Shown: piece after piece, positions 23,861-35,619 of the stretch
Numbering within the stretch: position 1 is the stretch's first letter
How the letters are laid out: each line of letters opens with the position of its first letter
NCBI GenBank assembly: GCA_051294375.1
Contig: CM119268.1
Span: forward strand, 4,241,715-4,300,571
DNA: 58,857 nt
Direction of reading: 5' to 3'
Source: Paraspadella gotoi
Taxonomy: Eukaryota; Animalia; Chaetognatha
Notes under the pieces: generated by a model
Seen by the model: the letters and a program-made list of their open reading frames with translations, nothing else
Told to the model about the DNA's origin: nothing
Database searches by the model: none
Position numbers and translations under genes: made by a program

Positions 23861-25159
23861 GAAGGAATGAAGCGTCGGCAAAGTAAAAGTAGAGGAAGAA
23901 AATCTACAAAAAGAAAAAGAAAAAGAAAAAAGATAGAGATAAAAATGGCGAGGAAAGGTCGCTGGATACTAAATCCAGTAAACAAATAAAAATTTGAGAG
24001 TTACCTGAAAAGAAAGTAAAGAAATAAAGGAAACTAAAAAGATTAAAATTATTTTTATCCTTTTAAAAAAGAAAGTTTTATTTTAAGAAGAAAAAAAAAT
24101 TGTCCAGAACTAATTAAATTTAATTGGTCGTTTGGTCGATTTAGAAAAAAAAAAGAATTAATTTTTTTTTCTTTTCTCTGCGAATTTTGAGATCTCGAAA
24201 GGAAACGGAGCGAAGAAAAAAGGAGGAAAGGAAAGGATAGAGGAAAGGAAGAAAATTAAGGAGAAGGGGAGGGAGGAAGAAAAAAAAACAAANNNNNNNN
24301 NNNNNNNNNNNNNNNNNAGACTGTTTTCCGTTATTCGAAAGAAAAAGATTCTTTAACTTCTTTTTAACTTTTCAACATTCAGTCAATCTTTCTTTTTTTT
24401 CCTTCTTTCCTTCTTTCCTGCTTCCTGGAGTTCCTTGCCTATACCACATTACCTCTTATCCGTCTCGAGTATAGATGGCTTCACTATTCCTCACTTCCTT
24501 TCTTCTCTTCCTTTTCCTTTCCTCATCCGTGGCTGTTCCGCTCTTCGCGTTGCCATTGTATGCGAGTTGCCATTACTACGTCATTTTTCTTTTTCCTTTA
24601 TTTTTTTTCCCGCTTCCCTCCCTACCTACCCCCCCACCCCCCCCTCTCGGTCTTTTTTTTTTTTTTTTTTCCCTTTTTCTCCCACTCCCACGCCATGGAG
24701 TCCTTCCGCACGCCTAGAGAAGCTTCATCAATACCGAATGGAACAAACGACCACCGGAGCGAGAGACCGAGCTGTACGGCAGGATAGGATGATAGAGATA
24801 TATCTGATAGGAAATCGTGAGTGAAGAAAAAAGCGAAAAAGGAAGGTCCAAGCGATACAAGGGTTCGTTGCTGGAAGGACGAAGAAGATGAGAAAAATAC
24901 GGGATATTCGGAAGATATATCTGGAAGGAACAGTAGAAGGCGGAGAGCCAGAGGCAGGAATGTCGAAGGGAAGGGCCAAGCAGCGGATAAAGACATTGAA
25001 GCGACATGTGAGAGAGAGGTGATAAAGGATAATAGGCAAAGGGGAAAAAGGGTGATAAGACGCCGCCGGCCCGCGCAGGCCGCAACGGGAAGCGGGAACA
25101 CGAAACCTGTACAGTACCGGAGAAGGGACAGAAAACGATAAACAGGAGATAGGTCAGAT

Positions 25160-25650
25160 TTGGCTAAGAGGGAGACAGGAAAGAACCCTTGTTAACACAC
25201 GCTAATCGAAACGAATAAGCGCGCTCACCGACACCCGACACCGAGCCGTTAGCGTAGGGAGGGATAATGGAACGCCGGTGAGCAAAGAGGGACACCGAAA
25301 AAGAATCGCCGAGTCGTTGCTAAGGGACAGATAAAACCATTGTTAAAAACAGCCTAACAGAAACGAATAATGCGCGGTCGCCAGTGCTAGAAAGATAATC
25401 AAGCACGGGATCGAAAGAGAGGGAAACGAAAAAAGAATCATCACAACGTCGATATGCTAAAAAGAAAAGAGAGAACAAGAAAAAAAAAAAAACCAATGTA
25501 CAAACACGTGCTTAAACATAGAACGAATAAAAGCGCGTCCAAAAGTTCGCTAGGACATAAATCAAGCGCGGGACCACGATTAAAGAACCGCATAGATCAA
25601 AGAGCGGAAACTGATGAAATTTGTCGCCGTTGCTAAGAGACTGATAAACT
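25160..25650. repeat. Degenerate ~155 bp tandem repeat, about 3 copies
   Basis: Anchors gctaa(g) at about 25163/25319/25456/25632 and aacgaataa..gcgcg at about 25209/25362/25522, with caaagag/gaaagag..aaaaagaatc between them. Confidence 0.7.
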
Positions 25651-25869
25651 CACGCATTTGGAAATTAACTGAGCCTTCCTTTTCCATCTCGATATATCCC
25701 GATTTTCATGTTTATATTATTACACTTATTTTCCGTGATTTTCATTGGATGTCCCCAATGCGGTTGCCACTTATCGGATCTCTATCTCTCCCCCCGCTGG
25801 CCAGAATCGAAAAGAAAAAAAAAACGCCAGCCAAAACAAGAAGTGGAAGCCAGAGGTAGGGGAACCTAC

Positions 25870-27410
25870 ACATAACCCCCCCAGTCCTGGAGTAAAGAAA
25901 AATGGAATCGCAAACAAGCTTTCTCTGGCCCAGCCTTACTGCACGACCTTCTCATACAATAACTTGGAAAACACCAAAACCGGTTCCACCCGGTGACAGG
26001 AAAGAGACATATAGGCATAGATTGCAATGACCCGAGACGAGGTTTCTCGGAAAGCTCAGTGACGGTGAGCAAAACCACCTCATCAGCCTCCAGCACCTTC
26101 CCCGATCCAGCGGCCCCACCCCAGCTGTGGGAACCTGGAAGTCTCCCACACGAGCCCCTCTATTTAGGAATCAGGACTACGCCATAATATAGGCAAAAAT
26201 AAAATCAGCCCCAGCGAACGAAATAGCCAGTCGTACGCTAGAAGACGAGTGGTGATGCATAAAGTGCCACGTGACCCAGTCTACCCCTGTCAGCCCGGAA
26301 AAGACGATCGACTGTTACGAGCATGCGGCTCGTCAGGTTCCTGCCATCAGGCGTAACAAAAGTTTCCGCGACCAACACGACAGGATCTCACCCCCATATC
26401 GGCAGACCCGGATTTTGCAGCTGCGTGATCAAACTGGTGACATCTGAGGCGACAAAAGATGTTGGTCAAGAGGAAGTTCTGGCGCGTAAACTGGTAAAAA
26501 TCGCCCTTGCTGGCGTCTGATTTGGTGGCAAGGGCGCTTCTTTTGCCGAGGGCCTCTCAAAGGGAATTCAAAGAAGAACGTAACGGGTTGTTCAACCCGG
26601 ACACAGTCCTCGCAAAATTGACTACGAGACTGGAGAGATCCGCGACAAGCGACCACGTCTTCGGAAAAGTCGCCACAAAGAATAAGGTCAATCTGGGCTA
26701 AAACTGGACCATCGCGTTACCTGTCTTTCTTACGTCTCCCCTGGCTATTCACCATAGTCTTCCCTGGCACTCTCTAAGAGGAATATCCATTTACCCTAAT
26801 CAAGTGCTTCGTGCGCTGGTTTCTCTCATTCTGCATAAACTCATTCTGTGAATTACGACAAATACACTGAACGATATCAAAGCTGAGGCAGATCCTCTCG
26901 CCCAACTACGTCGAGACCCGAGAGAATTCCGGCTACAACCCAGCAAGGTCTGTACGTTGAGGATTGGTCGTCGCAACAACCTGTATTTTGAACGCGATTC
27001 CTTCACCTTTTTTTTTTCTTTTCTTTATTTTTCTTTTCGAAGACATCCTACATCGGGGGTAGACATGTGATCGACGTAGGGACCGGTGTCATGTGAGTCG
27101 GGGAGAAAGACGGGCGGTCGTTATCTCTCTTTTCTTTTCCTCTTCTCCTGATCGTTGAGCAGTTAGGATTTCGCGATAGCAACAAGCGTAAGATCGGCCG
27201 GGCTGCGAGGGACGTCCGGGAAAATCAAGGCTCGTATACAGCTGGAAGGTTCCCTCGGCGCCTCCGACATTTTGCGGGCTCTGTTCGGAAATTTCTGCTG
27301 ACGGAGTACTTTTGCTCGACCGCGCCTTCTCCATCTATGACGCGCTCCTTCTTTGCCAGGCAGGCGCCGAACACTAGCGCGGGCCACGCCTATTTTGACG
27401 GAACCTGACA
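25870..27410 (+). other. Coding-like complex block with frameshifts; product unidentified, strand uncertain
   Basis: Balanced-GC, non-repetitive island. Plus-strand fragments read like protein (EEVLARKLVKIA, SDLVARALLLPRASQREFKEERNGLFNPDTVLAKL, LNDIKAEADPLAQLRRDP, KIKARIQLEGSLGASDILRALFG, DGVLLLDRAFSIYDALLLCQAG) but need several frame changes. Confidence 0.3.
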
Positions 27411-29440
27411 ATCTCCATGGGAAAGAGAAGCACGGAGGAGAAGCAAACGGCATAGGGAAGCATGCTAACGTAGGAGTAGGAACAGAAAAGCAGGCAACGC
27501 AGGGGCAGAGGAGACGCAGTCGACATCAGAGCACAAAATCCTAACAATGCACGCGAAAGCAAAAAAATCCCAATAACTTATGCTTGGAAGAAAAAAAGCG
27601 ATGCAAGAGCGAACGAAGGACGCTGTGAAAAGGGTAATATGGGTATGGATTTGCACTCACACAGCACAACTATAGTTGTAAATACTGTTTTTAATTTTTT
27701 TTCTTTTCGAGAAAGTTTTGAGTTTCTTGTTTCTTTTCCCTTTTTGTTTGCCTTTTGTTTAAACACTGCCGAATCAGTTCGTTCTTCTTTACTTAGATTA
27801 AGGCCCGTGTCTCTGTAATGTCAAATCACCATTGATTGTACCCCGTACGATATTAGATTTTTCACACGTTATTATTGACTAGAGCTTATTGATTGCCACC
27901 CCCCCCTACCCACCCATTTTTTTAACTTTTCTTTTACTCACCGTGCATCACAACTCACTATGCACCGTTAGGTTTTTTATTTATATTTACACTTAGGGAC
28001 CATCATGCAGACGTAGCCAGCAGCGAGGACACAAGCCCTGCCCATTCGGAGGCGGTGGTTTGTCCCTCGAGTCGGGACAATTTTATGGGGCGCCGTGAGG
28101 GAAGAGAGAAGAGGACGGACAGCGGCAGAGATCGTTAAGACTTCCGACCCGTCCCATATGTATCAAGAGAGAGAGAGTCGCTTATATTCGCTTTTCGAAG
28201 TCGGGGACGGGTTTTCGCGGCAAGTCCACGAGATTTTTTCCATTCTAGATCACTTCACCACTTATCCTACCTCTTTGTGGAAGACCTAGATTCTTCGCCT
28301 CCTCGTGTATCACTTCTTTGATTTTCGCCGCATCGTTTATTTCAATATATACGCCTTTCCATGTATCTCCCGTCTTTTTACTTTAGCCAGATGACTTATT
28401 CCAGGACCTCTAAAACTTAACAATTTATTCCCCGATAAAAAGTCCTAAAACACAAACACTAAGAGGAACAGCTGAAAAAAAGTGGACACTGATTGTTACA
28501 ATATGTTTTCTTAATCCGCCTATTACTATACAGATAAATCAAAAGATGATATAATGATTTATAAACGGAAACAAATTAACATTGGACATTGGTTCAGTGA
28601 TGTTCGCTGTCGTCGATGGGTATGATAATTGTGTCAATGACTCAAAATTGATATAGCAAATATTATTTCTAATAAGAGTTAGAATCGTAAACATTTTTAT
28701 ATTATGGTTTTATTTATATTTTCTTTATATGGTTATATTAACTGCACTTATAATACTCGATAAAAATACCATAAAATCTAAATCGCTTCATAGGAACGAG
28801 CATCAACGGGAGCAAAGGAGAATCGTCCCTGCTGAGATGTAGCTCAAATTCAAATGCAGACAAATGTAATCTGAAATTTGGTTTCGCTTTTGAGAATAAT
28901 AATAATCTGATAAAACAAATTGTTTATTGATTCAAATGTTCTGACTAGCTTTAAATATGTTTCATTTCACCGAGAGAGAGGAGAGAGGATGAGGAATGAC
29001 CGAAAAGTCGGGGGGAAAAGACGTCGTTTCTCTGATTCGTTGATTTTTCGATTTTTAGGTCTTTGAGTTGACGATTATGACACGAGACGAGTAAGTAGGC
29101 GAGCTGTAACGCAGAGAGAGGAGAGAGAGAGACGAAGAGGAGAGAGACCAGGAGAAGAAGGATGAGAGAGAGAGAGACCGGAGAGAGTAGGAGTGTTCAC
29201 CATCGATCGACGTACTGACGCGAGAGACGAAGCGGAGAAGGACGATTGGACCGCTCCTGCGGGTAATCTTTATCGTGCGAAAAAAAGGGGACCCCGTGCC
29301 GCCTGCTCGACCGTTCCCCGCCGGTCGGCGCCAGACGCCTGATGAAGCCTCTTCTCCGCTTGGCAGAGGCTTTGTGGCTCCAATCTAAATGTATCGGTAC
29401 TATCGGACTAGGACCCTCGAAACCCGTGGGGCAAGAGTCG

Positions 29441-29570
29441 GAAGTGGTCGGAGTCAGAAGTGGTCAGAGTTGGAAGGGGTCAGAGCTCGAAAGGGGCAGA
29501 GCTTGAAAGGAGGCAGAGGCCGAAGTGGTCAGAGTTTAAAGTGGTCAGAGCCTGAAGTGGGCAGAGCAAG
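29441..29570. repeat. 16-bp minisatellite, about 8 copies
   Basis: Unit gaagtggtcagagNNN. Confidence 0.9.
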
Positions 29571-29760
29571 GAAGTCTCTCAGGTTTAGCACATCGTCGGA
29601 CGAGGAGCAATGAAGTGAAAGTAAAGAGAGAAAGAGGTGGAATAAAACAAATGTTTGTAAAAAATAAATTAATAAACAAACACTTAATAATTAATGAAAT
29701 AAATAATTGAAGATGTGATTCTTCTCATCTGCTAAGGACAGGCTAAAAGTTCTTCGTTTC

Positions 29761-29969
29761 GCAAAGACTTAAACATCTGCAAAGCCTCAAACATCTGAAA
29801 AGACTAAAACATCTGCAAAGGCTTAACCATCATCAATGGCTTAACCATCTGCAAAGGCTTAACCATCAGCGAAGGCTCAACCATTTGCAAAGGCTTAACC
29901 ATCAGTAAAGGCTCAACCATCTGCAAAGGCTTAACCATCAGCAAAAGCTCAACCATCTGCAAAGACTCA
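29761..29969. repeat. 18-bp minisatellite, about 11 copies
   Basis: Unit ggcttaaccatctgcaaa, varying by substitution. Confidence 0.95.
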
Positions 29970-30341
29970 GCCCTCTCAATAGTTGGACCGTGAAAATTGC
30001 GGTTTCGAGGCCACGAGTTGAAANNNNNNNNNNNNNNNNNNNNNNNNNNNNNNNNNNNNNNNNNNNNNNNNNNNNNNNNNNNNNNNNNNNNNNNNNNNNN
30101 NNNNNNNNNNNNNNNNNNNNNNNNNNNNNNNNNNNNNNNNNNNNNNNNNNNNNNNNNNNNNNNNNNNNNNNNNNNNNNNNNNNNNNNNNNNNNNNNNNNN
30201 NNNNNNNNNNNNNNNNNNNNNNNNNNNNNNNNNNNNNNNNNNNNNNNNNNNNNNNNNNNNNNNNNNNNNNNNNNNNNNNNNNNNNNNNNNNNNNNNNNNN
30301 NNNNNNNNNNNNNNNNNNNNNNNNNNNNNNNNNNNNNNNNN

Positions 30342-30374
<33 letters not shown>

Positions 30375-30601
30375 GTTTTTCAAGGTCGTTTTCAGATCAG
30401 TAAAGTTTTTTCTCACTTCGACTTTAGGATTTTTGAAGAACTTTTAAACGACAGTTGGTGACAATAGTTGTTGTTGTTGTCGTTGATGTTTTTTGTATTG
30501 TTGTTGTTGATATCATTGTTGTTGTTGTTTTAATTGTTTTTGTTCTACTCTCTCTTTCTTACTTCATTTTTATTTTCTTCTTTTGTCATCGTTGTTGTTT
30601 C

Positions 30602-30678
<77 letters not shown>
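30602..30678. repeat. (GAT)n microsatellite
   Basis: Perfect gat run. Confidence 0.97.
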
Positions 30679-30811
30679 TTGTTGTTGTTTTTGTCATCTC
30701 TGTCTCTGTCGTTTTTATATTCTTTCATTCTCATTGTCTCACAGATGACATTGACGTCGTCTTTGTCGTCGTCGTCTTCGTCTAGCTTTATCCTTATCGT
30801 CAGTGTCGTCG

Positions 30812-30846
<35 letters not shown>

Positions 30847-30996
30847 CTCCTCCTCATCCTCATCCTCATTGGGGCCGACCTCGTAAAGGTCAACCAACTG
30901 AAGATAAAATCTACGAGATCCAGATTCTCTTTATCCATAAACGTCGAAGATTCGTTGAGTTAATGCGTTGGATTCGGAATTCATGTTGAAAAGTGA

Positions 30997-31403
30997 CTTA
31001 ATATCTTTCTTTCTTTTTTGAAAATACTTGCTTAATCTTAATATCTTTCTTTTTTTTTGGAAATACTTGCTTAATCTTAATATCTCTCTTTTTTTTTAAA
31101 ATACTTGCTTAATTTTAATATCTTTCTTTCTTTTTTGAAAATATTTGCTTCATCTTAATATCTTTCTTTTTTTAGAAAATACTTGCTTAATTTTAATATC
31201 TTTCGTTCTTTTTTGAAAATACTTTCTTAATCTTAATATATATTTTTTTTTACAAATACTTGCTTTATCTTAATATCTTTCTGTCTTTTTATAAAATACT
31301 ATTTCAAACTTAATATATTTCGTTCTTTTTGAAAATATTTTCTTAATCTTAATATCTTTCGTTCTTTTTAAAAATATTTTCTTAATATTAATATCTTCTT
31401 TTT
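30997..31403. repeat. AT-rich ~39-40 bp minisatellite, about 10 copies
   Basis: Unit ttaatatctttctttcttttttgaaaatacttgcttaatc. Confidence 0.93.
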
Positions 31404-33111
31404 TTAGTTTGAAAGTAATTTCTCAATCTTGCTCTTAATATATCCTTTTAGGTACTTTGTCGTATGTACACTTTTAAACTCCCCCACACTCNNNNNNNNN
31501 NNNNNNNNNNNNNNNNNNNNNNNNNNNNNNNNNNNNNNNNNNNNNNNNNNNNNNNNNNNNNNNNNNNNNNNNNNNNNNNNNNNNNNNNNNNNNNNNNNNN
31601 NNNNNNNNNNNNNNNNNNNNNNNNNNNNNNNNNNNNNNNNNNNNNNNNNNNNNNNNNNNNNNNNNNNNNNNNNNNNNNNNNNNNNNNNNNNNNNNNNNNN
31701 NNNNCCCAACCCACCATCTGCCCACGATTCAACTTCCGCCCATTTGCCAAGAATCCAACTTTCATTTTCGGACATTCAGATTCGATGTGAAAATCATCAC
31801 CGGTCGATCTCTCTACATTCACTCTCGTCGTGATTATCACTGACCGTCGAAACTCGAGGCAACGAAAACTTCACAACCGCAAAGATGAACATCATTGACT
31901 ATGGGGCCTTTGGTGCCTTTTCTTCTCTATTCCTCTCTTCTCTTTTCTTCTCTATTCCTCTCTCTTCTTTTTTTCTCTATTCCTTTCTCTTCCTTTCTTC
32001 TCTCTTCCTCTCTCCTCTCTTCTTCTCTCTTCCTCTCTCCTGTCTTCCTCTCTCCTCTTTTCTTCTCTCTTCCGCTATCCTCTCTTCTTTTCTATTCCTC
32101 TCTTTTCTTTTCTTCTTCTCGCATATCTCGCTCTCGTTCCTCTCTATCTCTCTCTCTTTCTCCTCTCTCTCTCTCTCTCTCTCTCACTCTCGTCTCTTCT
32201 CCTCTTTCTCTCTCCTTCTCTTCTCCTCTTCTTCCTCACGCTTCATTCGGGTCTCATCATTCTCTCGCTATTCTGCTGAGTGTTATTCTCTCGGTCTGGC
32301 TTGCTGTGTGCTGGGGTGTCGATGTGACCTATTACTAAAAAGTCATTTACGGAACGTGGGGTGTGGATCCTCATTGGCTGATGAATTATCCGTGGGCTCT
32401 AGGCATCGCATGCATTCTTAATATGTGTGCGAAAAATCTGTTGTAAAAGTGCTGTTGTGGCAGGAGTTGGTGTCTCACAAATCTCTCTCTTCTCGTTNNN
32501 NNNNNNNNNNNNNNNNNNNNNNNNNNNNNNGAGAGAGAGAGAGAGAGAGAGAGCATATGACTTCTGCAAGGCTGGTTTTTATTCGGATTCGTAATTGGAA
32601 TCTTACAAGTGAAGGCCATTATTGAATAACAGAGAGCTGGTGATCCACGTCCGAGAGGCTGTCCGAACATTCGCCATATTAATTATGGTTTAAATATTGT
32701 TTTATATAATTCTTTCTTTCGTTTATTAGAGATTAGAGAGAAATTTGAATTAATTGGCAACGACGGTTTAAAGATTAGAATTTAAAAAGATACGTACATA
32801 CATTAAAGATCATACTTTTTTGTTTTTCTTCTGCCTAAATATAATTACTTATATATCGATTATTAATTATTAATAAATGATTGATCAATAGTAATTATTT
32901 AACAAAAGTTATTAATTAGTGATTATCATTTATTATTATTTATTATCTACTGTCATTGAGAATCGCCAGAAAAAATGGGCTAAAGATTGTTTTATTTAAT
33001 TTTCTTCACTTACCAGCGGATTGTATAATTATTACAAACTGTCTTTTTAAATTTAATTGTAAAACATCCGAGCGACTAATAATGAAATAAGAAATTAAGT
33101 TCTTGTGACAG

Positions 33112-33168
33112 ATGTTAAATCAAACTATAGCAATTGGGATCCAAGAGGGCTCGTTATCTCCTATGGCC
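33112..33168 (+). CDS. Candidate 57-nt internal exon, product unknown
   Basis: Branch-like gactaat (33074), ttcttgtgacag| acceptor and |gtaaat donor. Length is divisible by 3 and two frames are open (VKSNYSNWDPRGLVISYG or MLNQTIAIGIQEGSLSPMA). Confidence 0.3.
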
Positions 33169-33178
33169 GTAAATGAAC

Positions 33179-33210
<32 letters not shown>

Positions 33211-34724
33211 NNNNNNNNNNNNNNNNNNNNNNNNNNNNNNNNNNNNNNNNNNNNNNNNNNNNNNNNNNNNNNNNNNNNNNNNNNNNNNNNNNNNNNNNNN
33301 NNNNNNNNNNNNNNNNNNNNNNNNNNNNNNNNNNNNNNNNNNNNNNNNNNNNNNNNNNNNNNNNNNNNNNNNNNNNNNNNNNNNNNNNNNNNNNNNNNNN
33401 NNNNNNNNNNNNNNNNNNNNNNNNNNNNNNNNNNNNNNNNNNNNNNNNNNNNNNNNNNNNNNNNNNNNNNNNNNNNNNNNNNNNNNNNNNNNNNNNNNNN
33501 NNNNNNNNNNNNNNNNNNNNNNNNNNNNNNNNNNNNNNNNNNNNNNNNNNNNNNNNNNNNNNNNNNNNAAGAACATGGAATCAGATATAAAGAAAAAGGA
33601 TGGTTTATGCTGGCGTTTTTGCAATGATTGAGCTCATAAAAAACACAGGAATCATCTTTATTGGACGATACGTTGTTGCTGTTGTTGTTGTTGTTGTTGT
33701 AGTTGTACTCAAAATAGACCTTTTATTATCGCTGAATCTAATAAATTAAATTTAACGAGAAAAATTAAAGTTCACATTTTCGTGTCGGTGATTACTTTAT
33801 TTAGCAGAATAGTCTTTCGAATAATTTAGTATGTAATTAGACTGGCATTATTTTCCGAAAGAGCCCTAAATTTGTTTTAAAATTATTTTAAACTTTAATC
33901 CACTGATTTAAAAAATTAATTTAGTTTATCGTTTTGAAATATCTTTAAACGGATATATGAATTGGAATCGCGTCCCATTTTGCGGGAGGATTAACAATTA
34001 AGAATAATAACCTGAAGTGAAAGGGATGATAAAAACAAAACCGCAATAAAGGTTTAATGGAAAAGTAGAAAGTGAAAAAATGTAGGTTGACGGAGAGAGA
34101 NNNNNNNNNNNNNNNNNNNNNNNNNNNNNNNNNNNNNNNNNNNNNNNNNNNNNNNNNNNNNNNNNNNNNNNNNNNNNNNNNNNNNNNNNNNNNNNNNNNN
34201 NNNNNNNNNNNNNNNNNNNNNNNNNNNNNNNNNNNNNNNNNNNNNNNNNNNNNNNNNNNNNNNNNNNNNNNNNNNNNNNNNNNNNNNNNNNNNNNNNNNN
34301 NNNNNNNNNNNNNNNNNNNNNNNNNNNNNNNNNNNNNNNNNNNNNNNNNNNNNNNNNNNNNNNNNNNNNNNNNNNNNNNNNNNNNNNNNNNNNNNNNNNN
34401 NNNNNNNNNNNNNNNNNNNNNNNNNNNNNNNNNNNNNNNNNNNNNNNNNNNNNNNNNNNNNNNNNNNNNNNNNNNNNNNNNNNNNNNNNNNNNNNNNNNN
34501 NNNNNNNNNNNNNNNNNNNNNNNNNNNNNNNNNNNNNNNNNNNNNNNNNNNNNNNNNNNNNNNNNNNNNNNNNNNNNNNNNNNNNNNNNNNNNNNNNNNN
34601 NNNNNNNNNNNNNNNNNNNNNNNNNNNNNNNNNNNNNNNNNNNNNNNNNNNNNNNNNNNNNNNNNNNNNNNNNNNNNNNNNNNNNNNNNNNNNNNNNNNN
34701 NNNNNNNNNNNNNNNNNNNNNNNN

Positions 34725-34759
<35 letters not shown>

Positions 34760-34898
34760 AATTTGATTCCTTTTTAATTTCTGTGACTCTCTGAAACATA
34801 ATTTTCTTTCTTTCCATTCTTCCATTTCTCTCCTTTTCCTCCTCTTCCTCCTCCCCCTCCTCTTCCTCCTCCTTTCAATCTCTTTCCTTCTCACTTAC

Positions 34899-34996
34899 CC
34901 AAGTCTCGGTTCCATTTCCGTTCGCCCTCACCTTTGGCTGCCAAAGCCTCACCTCCAAGGCAGAGCCCGGGCAAATCCGAGATGAGATAAGGCAAT
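34899..34996 (-). CDS. Candidate exon ending in a consensus donor, product unknown
   Basis: Perfect G|GTAAGT donor on minus at 34893-34899; GC-rich island; open frame CLISSRICPGSALEVRLWQPKVRANGNGTETW; acceptor is weak. Confidence 0.3.
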
Positions 34997-35408
34997 CTTT
35001 TAGTTTGATTTTTTTTCAGTTTATGGTTCGATGCAATATTCAATATATTAAAAAAAACCATCGTTTCTGACAAAAGAAACTGTGAATTATAATATACCTA
35101 CTTTTTCTATTTACTCAAAAAGCATAAGAACCCATTATCGTTTGTTTTTAGAGAACATTTATTAATTATTTATCAATTATTCATTCATTTTCGCATTTCT
35201 TGTCTCGCGTCTGGCAAAAAGCAAACGTTTTGGCTCCTGACAGCGAAAATACAATTCTATCTGTGGATGAAACTCTTCAATGATAAGAAAGAAAATAGAA
35301 AAGAGAGAAAGAAAAAAAGAAAGGAAAGAAAAAGGAAAAAAAAAGGGAAAAGACAAAAACTTCGAGTTAAGGAAAATATTTCGGAATTGGAATTCGGTTT
35401 TCTTTTTT

Positions 35409-35478
35409 CTGTTGCTGCGCGAGTAATTGCGGAGCAACTCTATTAGAAGCTTTTAGGTTGGTCGGTTGGTTTGTCCAT
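35409..35478 (+). mobile_element. HINE-like family A, diverged 5' fragment
   Basis: T-run, then gttgctgcgcgagtaattgcggagcaactctatta followed by ggttggtcggttggt. Confidence 0.55.
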
Positions 35479-35619
35479 TGTTGCCTCATTCACGTTTAGC
35501 CTAATGCAAATAACTGCACATTGATACTCGACAGATAATTTCTATATCGTAGGACTCTTCTTAAGCATATCTTGTTTACTTAGGTCACTTGATAATAGAC
35601 AAATGCTTTCATATGAAAA

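Noticed and set aside
26490-26530. RdRp motif A or RNase H motif (SDASKGD on minus)
   Set aside because: No downstream GDD/motif B or RNase H residues are visible, and the plus strand looks at least as coding.
29339-29425. Hammerhead ribozyme or SECIS (ctgatga followed by the aagcctct..agaggctt hairpin)
   Set aside because: No GAAA follows the stem, there is no stem III or cleavage triplet, and no 3' GA for a SECIS quartet.
30870-30990. AT-hook exon (GRPRKG...)
   Set aside because: A six-residue match adjacent to a (CCT)n tract, without convincing splice sites; likely chance.
31885-32370. BRD7/BRD9 or Piezo assignment for the exon-like fragments
   Set aside because: Only a few residues of resemblance, not enough to name a gene.
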